Translations under genes and position numbers: made by a program
Source: Thermoproteota archaeon
Lineage (GTDB): Archaea; Korarchaeota; Korarchaeia; Korarchaeales; Korarchaeaceae
DNA length: 64,000 bases
Assembly (NCBI GenBank): GCA_027491435.1
Contig: JAOZFG010000028.1
Location: 1 to 64,000, forward strand
Direction of reading: 5' to 3'
Part shown: positions 27,016 to 37,648 of the stretch, in pieces
How the letters are laid out: each line of letters starts with the position of its first letter
Numbering within the stretch: the stretch's first letter is position 1
Notes under the pieces: model-generated
The model's database searches: none
Seen by the model: only the letters and a program-made list of their open reading frames with translations
What the model was told of the DNA's origin: nothing

Positions 27016-28032
27016 TCACCCCCACCTGCTTAACTTGAAGCCCTCCTGAAACATAGCCGAAATCACCTGTTCGAATGCCACTATGAGGTTTTGTAACGAG
27101 TGGGAAGCCAGATGCCTCAAAACTTCAACCGGGTAATCTGAGGAGGGCATGAAGACCCCCCTCACGAAGGCGTTCCCCCTGCCGCTCAGGCCCAGCACGA
27201 GGGGGGAGGACCTCCGGAACTTCCAGACGAAGGGCCTCCTCCTAAAGGGATCCATCACAGGAGATCCTAGGATAACCCTATAATCTCTGTTACGCCTGTT
27301 CCTGGCCCTCAACCTCCTTTCTACCATTTTAAGCTTGAATTCAGCGTATTTGAGGGCGTCACGCCAGTTCGCGTGGGCCCCCAGGTGTACCAGGTAGCAG
27401 TTTGAGAGGTTTTGAACCTTGAAGACGTTGAGGTTTTCACAGGGTTTAATCCCCATCCCTCTCAAGAGGGCGGACGCCCTCCTAACCCATTCGGCACCTG
27501 TTGAGGCAGTGGCCTCTATGGCCAGACGCAACACCTCATCTACTTCACCGCACTCGCTGTCGTAGTGGGTGATCCTGAAGCTTCCATACCCCCTGTTGCC
27601 CCTGAAGCCGAAGCCCCCCAGCGAAACGTTGAGGGCCAGGGCCTTTGCAGCCTCTAGCAAACTTTCGCAGGGCCCCTTCATGATCAGTTTGAAGTCCAGC
27701 AGGTAGAACCTCCTGGGGCGCTTTCTTAAGGCCCAGAGGAATGGGCTCTTGTTATCTAAGGTTAGCTCCCTCAAAACCTTTAACTCATCGAACTTGAAAG
27801 ACACGGAGGACTTCTTGGGGGATTCCCCGTGAACGCCGCCAAAAACTTCGTACTCCTTGCTCCAGATCTCCTTTACGTTGGGCTCTCTGCATTTAGATGC
27901 CAAGTACCAGCGGTACCACTTTCTCAAACTCCCCCTTATGGATGGTATCCTGACCTTGATGGGATCCGCGTCGGCGTTATGCCCTCCCCACGACACGGGA
28001 GAGATGGATTTAAGGTTCACAGAGGCTATCAA
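27016..28032 (-). CDS. cmr1: Type III-B RAMP Cmr1
   Basis: RIPSIRGSLRKWYR, VFGG, LGGFGFRGNRGYGS and RRSSPL motifs. Confidence 0.93.
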   Translation of the reverse strand: MIASVNLKSISPVSWGGHNADADPIKVRIPSIRGSLRKWYRWYLASKCREPNVKEIWSKEYEVFGGVHGESPKKSSVSFKFDELKVLRELTLDNKSPFLWALRKRPRRFYLLDFKLIMKGPCESLLEAAKALALNVSLGGFGFRGNRGYGSFRITHYDSECGEVDEVLRLAIEATASTGAEWVRRASALLRGMGIKPCENLNVFKVQNLSNCYLVHLGAHANWRDALKYAEFKLKMVERRLRARNRRNRDYRVILGSPVMDPFRRRPFVWKFRRSSPLVLGLSGRGNAFVRGVFMPSSDYPVEVLRHLASHSLQNLIVAFEQVISAMFQEGFKLSRWG

Positions 28033-28415
28033 GCCCCTTTCACCTCACCATACTTAGCCTCCACTAGCAATTTGAGGGCCTCGGCAGCTAAGAGGGACTC
28101 ATCTAACATCAGGGAGACTTCCTCAGGGCTCCTTTCGAAGAGGTAGTCTAGCAGGCTCCCCTCATATTCGTTTAGAAGGCCAGCTGAGCTAAGGGACTCC
28201 CTCAGGTAGTCTAGAATCAAGGACTCCGCTTTTTCAGAGCCCTCTTCGCCTTTCCTCTTCTCTAGGTAGAGAACTGTGAGCATCATCCCGTTGCTGAGCA
28301 GTAGAGAGGGTAGCCTCTTGGAAAGGGAGACGAACTCCTTCCTCACCTTCCCTATATACTCCTCCCTGTCTTTGATGAAGTTGTAGGCCCTCTTCAACCT
28401 CTCTGAGCTGTACAT
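28029..28415 (-). CDS. cmr5: Type III-B small subunit Cmr5
   Basis: LPSLLLSNGMMLTVLYL; 128-aa helical protein. Confidence 0.9.
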   Translation of the reverse strand: MYSSERLKRAYNFIKDREEYIGKVRKEFVSLSKRLPSLLLSNGMMLTVLYLEKRKGEEGSEKAESLILDYLRESLSSAGLLNEYEGSLLDYLFERSPEEVSLMLDESLLAAEALKLLVEAKYGEVKGA

Positions 28416-28419
28416 GGGA

Positions 28420-29283
28420 TCACCTCAGGGGTATTATCTCAGCGAATCCGAGGCCCGTGGTCATGTCGCCCCCCACGTGCACTACCCCTGAAAGCACCTT
28501 TCTCAGGTCTTGTTCAAGCTCTTTAGGGAAGAAGACCGCTGAGTACATTATGGTCTCAGGTGGGAGGTCCTCCTGGAACCACAGGTTGTTTACCACGCCC
28601 TTCTCTTCATCTATCTGTATGTGCGGATTTACCATGAGGGCCCTCTTGAGCAACCTCCTGAACTCGTCGTCTGACACCACCACTAGCCTCTCTCCAACTT
28701 CCTTCAGTTTGCCGCCCATCAATTTCAGGAATTCCATCTCCTTATTCACGGCCTTGTACTTAACGTCCTCAAGTATCACCAGGCTCTTCCCCCTTAACTC
28801 GAGCGTTAGCCTCTCACCGCTCACGAAAGCCTCGCCTTTCCCGGGATCCTGCACCCCCTCAAGCTGACCGCTTTTACCCCTTCCTAGAAGCTCGTCCACC
28901 AGGTTTAGGTCCTCTATGAACCTGTTTATCAGGAAGGGGGAAGTTACCCACCCGTAGACGCCCTTCAGGCTCCTGACAGGAATCATGAGGAGTTTGGCGT
29001 CCATGAATACCGCTTTGCCCATCCCCTTATCCCCTTCTCCCGGCTTAGGTCCGAAGATCTCTAGGACTTTACCATCTTCCAGCTTTTTGGAGGCCCAGGC
29101 CCTTAAAGCTCCCTTGAGGCTGCTTCCATATATCACTGGGAGGTCCGTGTGCGCTTCCCTTTGGACTGGCAGGTCTACGAGGCCGCTAACCCTGGCGCCG
29201 CTGCCAGGGTGTAGGGGGGTCAGAGCCCTTATCAGGTAGGGCATCCCACCGCTGAAAATCCTCTTGACCAAGGGTTCTCCCAT
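28420..29283 (-). CDS. cmr4: Type III-B RAMP Cmr4 (RNase)
   Basis: LHPGSG, VDLPVQRE (catalytic Asp present), GSSLKGALR and GGDMTTGLG motifs. Confidence 0.96.
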   Translation of the reverse strand: MGEPLVKRIFSGGMPYLIRALTPLHPGSGARVSGLVDLPVQREAHTDLPVIYGSSLKGALRAWASKKLEDGKVLEIFGPKPGEGDKGMGKAVFMDAKLLMIPVRSLKGVYGWVTSPFLINRFIEDLNLVDELLGRGKSGQLEGVQDPGKGEAFVSGERLTLELRGKSLVILEDVKYKAVNKEMEFLKLMGGKLKEVGERLVVVSDDEFRRLLKRALMVNPHIQIDEEKGVVNNLWFQEDLPPETIMYSAVFFPKELEQDLRKVLSGVVHVGGDMTTGLGFAEIIPLR

Positions 29284-29287
29284 AACA

Positions 29288-30343
29288 TCACCCCACTAGG
29301 GAAATCAAGGGAGAGCCAAATCCCCTCTCCCAGAAGAGGGAAAGCCTCCAAAAACTGTAGGTTAGCTCCCACCTGCCGACGTCTTCCCCTAACTTTAGGT
29401 AGAAGACAGCACCTGGAGGCACCGCGGCGTAAAGCTTCCTTGCCCTAGCCCTCTTTATGTCCCACCCGCTCACTAGCCTGGGAGGTCCGCTTACCATCAG
29501 GGCAGATCCTCTCTCAAGTAGCTTGGGCTTTCCAGGGAGCTTCAATTCAGGGACACTGACGTCCTTGCCTTCCCTCCTGTAAATAGCTGGGGAGAGCAGG
29601 ACTACCTTGACCACGGAGTTGGCCTTCAAAACGTCGTCCTTCAGCCACTTAGGGGTCCAACTTTCCCTGGTAACGCCCACAGGCCTGCCCTCACCCCCTA
29701 ACTTGATCACAGGGGGGACTTCCAGCCTGACATCTCCCTTGCTCGCTACTAGAACTCCTATGGAAGCTTCCTTCAGCCTGACGTGCCTTGATGTGTAGAG
29801 AAAGTCCTCTACCGCCGTTCTACTGGCGTCGTCCAGGTGGATTCCTAGCCTTTTCTCCTCAAATATTGGTTCCTCAACCTCATTTACTGAATTCAGCTTA
29901 CCTTCAGCGTACCTCTCAAGTAGGTCGTGGGGGATCCAATTGCACCTACCCTCCCCAGGTATTATGGACGGCAGTTGAGAGGAGTAAAGCTTTGAGTTCG
30001 TCCGGGAGAGGTAGACCATGGCGTTGAGGTCTAAGGGACAGGGGAACCACCTCTTACCCTTCCAGACGAGGAACGGCCCGTAGAACATGAACCCAGTTAG
30101 GTCCCCCTCCTCCTCTATCTCTTCATCCCAGTCACTGGTTAACCCGTATGAAGAGCCCAAGTTGCCCGTGCTCATTATGTGGGCGTACAGCAGGGCCCCA
30201 GATACCGTCCAGGGTAAGGGGAACCTGAGGCCCCCGCCAGGGGAGTTAAGGTCTAGCCCCAAGTTGTCGCCGAAGAAGAGGCTGTCCAAGGGTTTAAGGG
30301 AGAGGAGCTCAAACTCAGGTGGTTTCGGCACGTTAGAACTCAC
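29288..30343 (-). CDS. cmr3: Type III-B Cmr3
   Basis: PLDSLFF, PLPWTVSGAL, LGGEGR, SGWD, AVPPGAVF and GFG motifs. Confidence 0.94.
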   Translation of the reverse strand: MSSNVPKPPEFELLSLKPLDSLFFGDNLGLDLNSPGGGLRFPLPWTVSGALLYAHIMSTGNLGSSYGLTSDWDEEIEEEGDLTGFMFYGPFLVWKGKRWFPCPLDLNAMVYLSRTNSKLYSSQLPSIIPGEGRCNWIPHDLLERYAEGKLNSVNEVEEPIFEEKRLGIHLDDASRTAVEDFLYTSRHVRLKEASIGVLVASKGDVRLEVPPVIKLGGEGRPVGVTRESWTPKWLKDDVLKANSVVKVVLLSPAIYRREGKDVSVPELKLPGKPKLLERGSALMVSGPPRLVSGWDIKRARARKLYAAVPPGAVFYLKLGEDVGRWELTYSFWRLSLFWERGFGSPLISLVG

Positions 30344-33300
30344 CCTAACACCTCCCTATAAACTAACAACAGCGCCATATGGGCGTTGTAGAGCGGGCTC
30401 TCCTTTACAGGATCTTCGGGCCTGATTTCCGCTATCTTCATGTAGAGGTCGATCAGCTCCTTCGCCTTATCTACATCCGCCTTACCTGCCGCCCCGTGTA
30501 GGTTCCTGGATACGCACCTCCTGATCAAGGAGCTTAGCAGCTCCTTGTCACCTCCAACGGAATCGAACATAGCGGAGTAAAGCTCTAGGTACTCTAGCAT
30601 GTCCCTGAGGAAGCTCTTAGAAAGCCTTACCTCTCCTTCTCCCCTCATCAGGCTGAAGACCTTGCGGGAAAGTTCTTCCACGTAATTGGACCTTAGCAGG
30701 TCGCCTGGGATTAAGGCCCTCCTCCCTCCCTGCCCTCTAGCCACCCTGAGGATGGAGGACCTGTCCCTCCCCCCGCAACCTCCCGCCTCAGCGTTCCCCT
30801 TAGCTCTACAACCTTCGCCTTTGAGCGCCTCTCCTTTGGCCACCTCCTCCTCTCCCCTAGCTAGCCTCAGCATCTCAGACATGGGCACCAGCCTGTGTGA
30901 TATCAGGAGGCCGGAGCTGGCGGTGGCCTTGTTGCCCATACCCATTACGTAAGTTTGGCCTATCTTGATGACTTCAGAGCTGAAGGCAGTGTGAAGGGCC
31001 GTAATCAGCTTAATTGGCATTCCCCCAGAGGCTGGAACCATTGCCAGCAGGTCGTCGCCTCCCGAGTAGAAGACGAACCCTCCCAGGGATTCAACTATGT
31101 GGGGGAAGACCGACAAGGCCATGTCCCTCAGTACCCTGCTTAAGGTCCTGTGGTAGGAGGGGGTGGCTAACTTGTACGCTCCCTTCAGGTCATCCAGTAC
31201 GGGACCTAAGTTGCTGTCATTCCTGAGGGCTGGGTGAACCCTCTCATAAAACTGGGAGCCTGTCCTGATCAGCTGGATCCCGGAGACCCAGTCCCCTATC
31301 CTGTCCCCGTCGAAGTATATGAGGGCCAGGTAATTTGAAAGCCTGCTCTTGAATTCTGAGTACTTTTCCATTATCTCGATCAGGCGCTCGATCTCCCCCT
31401 TCCACCCTTCAATCTTCTCCTTCGGCAGTCCAGCCCTATCCATCATCCTAATCACGTTTTTCCATGTGGAGGGGAAGAGCAGGGTACCGGGTATTCTCTC
31501 TGGATCCTCAAACCTGTAATCGGAGTACGCCTTGAAGAGGCCTGACTCGTCAACGAGGCTTGGATACCTAAACCCCAGCTCGGCTAGCACGCCCCTAACT
31601 TTAGACGCTAAAGCCCTGTCCTTATCCCTTATCTCCTTGTAGAACTCTGCTACAGCGTTTAACGCCAGGAATAGCTGATTAATTAGTTTATTCGCCTCTT
31701 CACCTCCTTCCTTCAAGAGCTCCTTGGCCAACTTGGCTGCGACGTCATCTAACGTCGGTATGTTGCGAACCTCCTCCCTTAACTTGTCCAGCGCCCCGAG
31801 CTCCCTTAACTTGCCCTTCAGGGTTTCTAGGTCAACGTCCATCACGTAAGCCCAGGCACCCAGCAGGAGTTCCGGACCGCCCGTGCTCCTAAGCAACCTT
31901 TTGATCAGGCACACTGGACATAGGGGCTCCTCTTCTGACAGCAGGTTGGCTATGCCGCTTGCCCTTTCCCGTAACCTCTCTAAGAAGTTTCTCCATCCCT
32001 CCCTCTCAGAAATTCGCCCGCCATTGGACAAGGCTATTGGATTTCTCGACCCACATAGCTTGCACCTCCTCCTCACTATGACCTCACCAGGGTTCAATGA
32101 GATTTCTGCTGGCTCCTCGAGGAGCTCGAATTCCTGCATGTACTTTAAAGCCATCATCTTAAGCTGTAGGAGCCTGTAGGCCAGCGGGTAGAAGAAGCTT
32201 CCCTTAACCTTGTAACCCCCTAACTTATTCCTAACTAATATTATCCTGGCAAAGCTCTCCAGTAAGCCCATCACGCCGTCCAATTCTACAAGCTCCTCTG
32301 GTAAAGAGTCCTTTAGTCCTTCCAAGATGCAATCCAAATCTTTGCAGTCCCTTAATTTGGAGTCCAGTGAGTCGACTTCTTCCAACCTGACGTGGGAGCT
32401 CCTAAGGGATAAGGGGAAGGGGATCCCATCAACCTCGCTAAAGTAAAAGGTTGCGTTAGGTAAGGCCTTGAGAATCCACTCCTCTAACTGATCCCACAAG
32501 CGCTTGAATAGGCCTCTAACCTTCTGATCAACTTTTCCCTTAATTTTATCGACTTCGCCCCCCGGCACTATGGACGTGAAGGATCCTGGGATTGAAGGGG
32601 TTAGCAAAGCCTTGACGAACCTCTCAACTCCTCCCCAAAGGTTTAACAGCTCATCCTTTCTTAGTACTCCTTCTAAATAAAGATATAAGTCTATGAAAGG
32701 ATTTCCCCTGAGATCTGGATGAATTATTGAGTCAGGCCCTAGCTCCTTTACCACCTCTATCATCCCGGATAAGGCCATCAGGCTAACTAAGTAGCTGCTA
32801 GCCCACAAGTCCCTGGCCTTCCTGCTGTGAGATATGAATTTTTGGACGCCCCCAATGTCAAATGCCAGGAGAGTGGGCTCATCCACCAGAAAGGAGGAGG
32901 TGGTCACTAGATGATCGTAAATTGAGTGATCTGGTATACGGGAGTCCGCCGGGAACCATGATGCGATGAAGCCCCTGAAGCCCTTCTCGCCGTGAAGCTG
33001 GTCGAGCATCCTCCAGATCCACAGGTACAACCTCCTCCAGCCCAGCTCCCTTTCCTTAACGTTTTTCAACGTCTCTACCGCTTTATCGGTTAGTTTACTG
33101 AATTTCATCTCCGATACCACGGCTTTTGAATTAACTTTCTCCACTTTAATGCCCTTCCTAGGGTCTGAAACGTTTGTGACCTTGAGGTCCTCCCTAACCA
33201 ACCCCTCCGAGCTCATTGGATGTAGGATTACCTCTTCATGTTTGTTCCAAGATATCTCGGGCAGGCCCGCCTGCCCTCTGTAGAGGGGGATTCTGTCTGA

Positions 33301-33489
33301 CGCTGAGGCGGCGACATCCGCCTTAGAAATCTTTTTCTTATCATCGCAGGATAGCTTGGGCAGATTTAGCGCAGACTTGATGGCTTCAGCCCTCTTGACG
33401 TGGTTGACTACGTCCAAAACTTTGTCTGGAGGATCGTGAAGCAAGGCGTGGATTTTCAATATCCAGAATTCGTCATCCTCCAGGCCCAT
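30340..33489 (-). CDS. cas10: Type III-B Cas10/Cmr2 with HD and cyclase (GGDD) motifs
   Basis: LLHDPPDK, PADSR..DHSIYDH, VQKFISHSRKARDLWASS, zinc cysteines, DGDRIG and YSGGDD motifs. Confidence 0.97.
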   Translation of the reverse strand: MGLEDDEFWILKIHALLHDPPDKVLDVVNHVKRAEAIKSALNLPKLSCDDKKKISKADVAASASDRIPLYRGQAGLPEISWNKHEEVILHPMSSEGLVREDLKVTNVSDPRKGIKVEKVNSKAVVSEMKFSKLTDKAVETLKNVKERELGWRRLYLWIWRMLDQLHGEKGFRGFIASWFPADSRIPDHSIYDHLVTTSSFLVDEPTLLAFDIGGVQKFISHSRKARDLWASSYLVSLMALSGMIEVVKELGPDSIIHPDLRGNPFIDLYLYLEGVLRKDELLNLWGGVERFVKALLTPSIPGSFTSIVPGGEVDKIKGKVDQKVRGLFKRLWDQLEEWILKALPNATFYFSEVDGIPFPLSLRSSHVRLEEVDSLDSKLRDCKDLDCILEGLKDSLPEELVELDGVMGLLESFARIILVRNKLGGYKVKGSFFYPLAYRLLQLKMMALKYMQEFELLEEPAEISLNPGEVIVRRRCKLCGSRNPIALSNGGRISEREGWRNFLERLRERASGIANLLSEEEPLCPVCLIKRLLRSTGGPELLLGAWAYVMDVDLETLKGKLRELGALDKLREEVRNIPTLDDVAAKLAKELLKEGGEEANKLINQLFLALNAVAEFYKEIRDKDRALASKVRGVLAELGFRYPSLVDESGLFKAYSDYRFEDPERIPGTLLFPSTWKNVIRMMDRAGLPKEKIEGWKGEIERLIEIMEKYSEFKSRLSNYLALIYFDGDRIGDWVSGIQLIRTGSQFYERVHPALRNDSNLGPVLDDLKGAYKLATPSYHRTLSRVLRDMALSVFPHIVESLGGFVFYSGGDDLLAMVPASGGMPIKLITALHTAFSSEVIKIGQTYVMGMGNKATASSGLLISHRLVPMSEMLRLARGEEEVAKGEALKGEGCRAKGNAEAGGCGGRDRSSILRVARGQGGRRALIPGDLLRSNYVEELSRKVFSLMRGEGEVRLSKSFLRDMLEYLELYSAMFDSVGGDKELLSSLIRRCVSRNLHGAAGKADVDKAKELIDLYMKIAEIRPEDPVKESPLYNAHMALLLVYREVLG

Positions 33490-33529
33490 CCCCAGGGATC
33501 CAGGGATGATCGTATTTAACGCTATTACA

Positions 33530-33569
33530 CCTAAATTTCGATTGAGCGGCCCTATTTGGAAAATTTTGG
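33530..33569. promoter_or_regulatory. Candidate operator upstream of the cmr operon
   Basis: 40-nt element CCTAAATTT...AAATTTTGG next to the TATA box, with the same span as the csa5/csa3 element. Confidence 0.4.
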
Positions 33570-33815
33570 CCTAGTGTTAGGACGACACCAAGCTTGAAGG
33601 TGCCCTCAAAAGTCTAGGGGGGGAAGTCCATTCAAGTGGTAACACGCCTTTTAAGAGAACATCCCTTATTAGAAAAAAGAGAGTGATGCCCTTTAGGTAG
33701 GCATTAAAGGTCGCGGGCAGAAGCCCTTTCAAGGTGGTAGTAACCGTTGGGGTATGGGTGAGGCGTTCCCGAAGATGCTTTATAAGCGCCAGGCGAGTTC
33801 ACGAGAGTAAAGGGA

Positions 33816-35021
33816 TTAAGGCCAGAGGAGGTAGCCGATGGTCAAGGATATCAAGACGGCCAGTGAAGAGGTGGGCAACAGGTACTTGTAGGCTCCCCTG
33901 AACCTCCCCCCGTAGTGCTCCAGGGTTAGTATCAGGCAGAGGTGAACTGGCGAGAGCATCACCCCTATGTAGCCGCCAGTGTAACCCACTAGCAAGGCCA
34001 GGTCGTTTATCCTCTCCCCGGTCCCCAGCACGTTTATCAGGAGGGGGAAGGCAGTCCCGGCGAAGACGAACTCGCCTGCCGTGGTTGCCCCTATTGAGAA
34101 GGGCAGGAGGAAGACCACCGGGAGTATGGGTATCCCCCTGGAGGTCATGAACTCAAGCAGGGCATCGGCTGAGCCGCTGTCGTAAACGTACTGCCTGTAC
34201 ATCATGACTGCTACTATCACCAGCAGTATCTTGTAGGAGATGGCGAACTTCAGCCCCTCCTTGACCTGCTCCTTGGAGGGCCTGGCGTAGGCCGTCACAG
34301 CTAGGGCCGTAATTAAGAGGGCTAACTCCACGGGCAGCCTGACCAGGAAGACCAGCGCTATTATCAGGAGGAAGGGCCAAGCGGCCTTGACGTTCTCCCC
34401 TCTGTTCACACCTTCGATAGAGCAAGCCCTGGCCTTCCTCCTTATTAGAGGTAATGACACCAAAAGGCCTGCCAGTATTGAGCCTATGGCAGCTGGGAAG
34501 GTTGCCTCTATGATCCTGACCACTGGGGCGTTCAGCAACACGGCAGTCAGTATCATCGCCTGGTAAAGGGGCCAGACGGGCACCCATATGTGCCTGAACC
34601 AGTAGTTCAGGAAAGAAGCGAAGTCGCTATCCAAGCCCTGCTTCTCAAGGTAGTGCTCCTTTAACATCATGGCCGACACCAAGGCCCCTCCGGGCATTGG
34701 TATTAGCCCTACTAGGGAGGGGATGAACAGGGAGGCGAAGCTGCAGTTTAGGCTGGCGAAGAGGTCGGTCAGCCTCTGTAGGATCCCAGAGGCCTTCATC
34801 ATGTAGGATAGGAAGAGGGCCGAAATGAAGGCCGTGAAGAGCTTGGCCGTGGAGTAGGTCAACAGGCCCTTAACTGAGGATTCAACCATTTTTGCATCTA
34901 AAGTGAGGAAGCCGAAAAGCAGCGATGATGAGAGCACGGCTACGTGAACTCCCCTTCTAGTGGCCAGCAGGAGCACCAGGACTATTACTGATATGAGGAA
35001 GCTGATGACCGGGTCCACCAT
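33816..35021 (-). CDS. DUF401-family membrane protein
   Basis: GLIPMPGGALVSA, NYWFRH and SPVHLCL motifs. Confidence 0.88.
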   Translation of the reverse strand: MVDPVISFLISVIVLVLLLATRRGVHVAVLSSSLLFGFLTLDAKMVESSVKGLLTYSTAKLFTAFISALFLSYMMKASGILQRLTDLFASLNCSFASLFIPSLVGLIPMPGGALVSAMMLKEHYLEKQGLDSDFASFLNYWFRHIWVPVWPLYQAMILTAVLLNAPVVRIIEATFPAAIGSILAGLLVSLPLIRRKARACSIEGVNRGENVKAAWPFLLIIALVFLVRLPVELALLITALAVTAYARPSKEQVKEGLKFAISYKILLVIVAVMMYRQYVYDSGSADALLEFMTSRGIPILPVVFLLPFSIGATTAGEFVFAGTAFPLLINVLGTGERINDLALLVGYTGGYIGVMLSPVHLCLILTLEHYGGRFRGAYKYLLPTSSLAVLISLTIGYLLWP

Positions 35022-35406
35022 TTTGCCCGGGTATAGTCAACCTGAAAGTAAAAAAGTGAGGTGGTCTACTAAAGAGGGGCTTTGGGCTCTCAGAGATAAC
35101 ACCTTCCCCATAAGTGGACGTCAGGCCTGCAGCCCCAGAGGCTTCATTAATAATTTTATTATATGATGGGTTTTCAAGATTAGTTTCAGAGGGACAAAGA
35201 GCCCTTAAAGAGCTTTTATGATTACCGGATTTCTACCACTCAAACCTCTTGAGGTGCTCTCACAGTTAACTCATCCTATTGGATTACCCTCTTAGCAGTT
35301 GAGCCTCCAGCGTATCCTTCATGAGTTTATAGTGCGTGGACAGGCAAAGAGACACCGAGAAACCGGTTCCCTTTTTTATTTCCTCTTCCCTCTTGCATGA
35401 GGTACC

Positions 35407-36831
35407 ATGGAGCTAAGGGAGTATCTGAACGTCCTTGAAGCTAGAGAGGAGCTCAGAGTTGTGAAGGCCCCTGTGGACGTGAGCTTAGAGGTGGCGGAGA
35501 TACTAAGGAGGGTGGCCAAGGGAGGGCCAGCCCTCCTATTCACCAACCTGAAGGGTTTCCCCGGTTGGAGGCTAGTGGGCAACCTCTTCTCCAAGGAAGA
35601 CAGGCTGCTAACAGCTCTCAACGTCTCCAAGCTGGAGGACGCCGGTAGTCGGCTAGTTTCCTTGATGAGGGGTCCTCCTCCCCTCACCCTAAGCGATAAG
35701 CTCAGAACCCTAGGCCAGGTCCTGGACGCTGGAAAGGTCACCCCTAAAAAGGGCAAGCCCAAGTGGAGGGAGGTGGAGCTAACCCTAGAGCAACTACCCG
35801 CCCTGAAGACCTGGCCCAAGGACGCTGGCAGGTTTCTCACATTCCCGGTGGTAATAACCAAGGACCCTGACACGGGGATCCACCACGCCGGGGTTTACAG
35901 GATGCAGATAATGGGAGAGAGGAAGGCGGGGATGCACTGGCACGTGCACAAGAGGGGGGCTAACTACCAGCAGAAAAGGTGGGAAAGAGAGGAGCCAGTA
36001 GAGGTAGCAGTTGCCATAGGCGTTGACCCGGCCTTAGCGTTCACGGCCGTGGCTCCAGTGCCTGAAGGGCTGGACAGCTACCTGTTCGCCGGCATGATTT
36101 CGGGGAGGCCCATGAAGCTCAGCGAGGGGCCTACAACGGGACTTCTGATACCTTCAGACGCTGAGGTGGTGCTTGAAGGAAGGGTTCCACCCAACGTATT
36201 TGAGGTTGAGGGTCCCTTCGGGGACCACATGGGCTACTACACTCCCCCCAAGCCCTTCCCCGTCTTCGAGCTTGAGAGGGCCTACGTTAGAGAGGACCCC
36301 ATATTCCACGCCACCGTGGTGGGCCACCCGGAGCTCGAGGACGGCGTACTGGGTAAAGGTGTAGAGAGGGTATTTCTGCCCCTCATCAGGACCATATTCC
36401 CTGAGGTGGTGGACGTGAACCTGCCCAAGTACGGGCTGTTCCACGGTTTGGCCATAATCTCAATAAGGAAGAGGTACCCGGGACAGGCCAAGCAGGTGGC
36501 CATGGGCCTACTAGGCGTAGGCCAGTTCAGCCTAACTAAGATAGTTGTGGTTGTAGACCATGACGTCAACGTCCATGACTTAAACCAGGTGATGTACGCG
36601 GTGGCGTCAACTGTAGATCCTCAGAGGGACGTTGCCATACTTGAGAACTGCGTCGCCGACGAGTTAGATCACGCAAGCGTTGGAGAGAGGGTGGGGGGCA
36701 AGATGATAGTGGACGCCACCAGGAAGCTCAGGGAAGAGGTGGGAAGGGAGTGGCCGGAGCCTGTGGCCCCTGACCCTGAGGTAGCAAGGCTGGTTGACGA
36801 GAGGTGGGGCGAATATGGGATTGAAGGTTAA
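35407..36831 (+). CDS. ubiD: UbiD-family (menaquinone pathway) decarboxylase
   Basis: GVYRMQ, EGPFGDHMGYY and KIVVVVD motifs. Confidence 0.93.
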   Translation: MELREYLNVLEAREELRVVKAPVDVSLEVAEILRRVAKGGPALLFTNLKGFPGWRLVGNLFSKEDRLLTALNVSKLEDAGSRLVSLMRGPPPLTLSDKLRTLGQVLDAGKVTPKKGKPKWREVELTLEQLPALKTWPKDAGRFLTFPVVITKDPDTGIHHAGVYRMQIMGERKAGMHWHVHKRGANYQQKRWEREEPVEVAVAIGVDPALAFTAVAPVPEGLDSYLFAGMISGRPMKLSEGPTTGLLIPSDAEVVLEGRVPPNVFEVEGPFGDHMGYYTPPKPFPVFELERAYVREDPIFHATVVGHPELEDGVLGKGVERVFLPLIRTIFPEVVDVNLPKYGLFHGLAIISIRKRYPGQAKQVAMGLLGVGQFSLTKIVVVVDHDVNVHDLNQVMYAVASTVDPQRDVAILENCVADELDHASVGERVGGKMIVDATRKLREEVGREWPEPVAPDPEVARLVDERWGEYGIEG

Positions 36832-37648
36832 GCCCTACCTAGAGATGCTCAGGGTTCACCACACCTTATTTTCGCTCCCCTTCGCCTACGTGGGCGCCTT
36901 GCTTAGGGGGCCAGTGGACTTGAGGTTGGCAGTGCTCATAGGCGTTGCCCTATTCCTGGCCAGGTCTGTGGCCTTACTAGCTAACGACCTCTTCGACAGG
37001 GACTTGGACGCCTTGAACCCGAGGACCAGCAACAGACCCCTGGTCAGGGGAGAAGCCTCCCCCAAGGCGACAGCCCTCCTGATAGCATTAATGTCGCTGG
37101 GTTTCGTCCTCACCTCTTTACTGATAAACCAGCTCGCCTTCACTCTCTCCTTCGTGATACTGGCAGCTGAGCTCTCTTACCCTTTCTCCAAGAGGGTTCA
37201 CTGTTTCCCCCACTTCCACTTGGGGGCCATTCTCGGGTTCGTCCCCGTGGCTGGAGCCATAGCCGTCTCGGGGGACCTGTCCAACCTGCCCCTGGATTAC
37301 GCCCTGGCCCTGTTCGCCTGGGTCTCTGGGTTCGACGTGCTCTACGCTCTACAGGACGTGGAAATGGACAGGAAGTTGGGGGTTAAGTCCATACCCGCCT
37401 GTTTCGGCGTCAAGGCTTCTAGGGCCCTGGCCTTGATGATGCACCTAATCTCCTCGGGGCTCCTGATCTGGTTCTCCCTCACCAGGGGGTACCTCATAGG
37501 CCTGGCCTCCACCTGGCTCGCTGTGATTTTAATGCTTTCCCAGCATTACGTGGCACTCAGGAATCCGGGGAGGGCTTTCAACATGAACTTGGCCGTCTCT
37601 TTACTCCTGGGGGTTGGAATCTTGGTCGACCTCCTCTATAAGGTGTAG
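36815..37648 (+). CDS. ubiA: UbiA-family prenyltransferase
   Basis: HTLFSLPF, NDLFDRDLDALNPRT..RPL and YALQDVEMD motifs. Confidence 0.92.
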   Translation: MGLKVKPYLEMLRVHHTLFSLPFAYVGALLRGPVDLRLAVLIGVALFLARSVALLANDLFDRDLDALNPRTSNRPLVRGEASPKATALLIALMSLGFVLTSLLINQLAFTLSFVILAAELSYPFSKRVHCFPHFHLGAILGFVPVAGAIAVSGDLSNLPLDYALALFAWVSGFDVLYALQDVEMDRKLGVKSIPACFGVKASRALALMMHLISSGLLIWFSLTRGYLIGLASTWLAVILMLSQHYVALRNPGRAFNMNLAVSLLLGVGILVDLLYKV

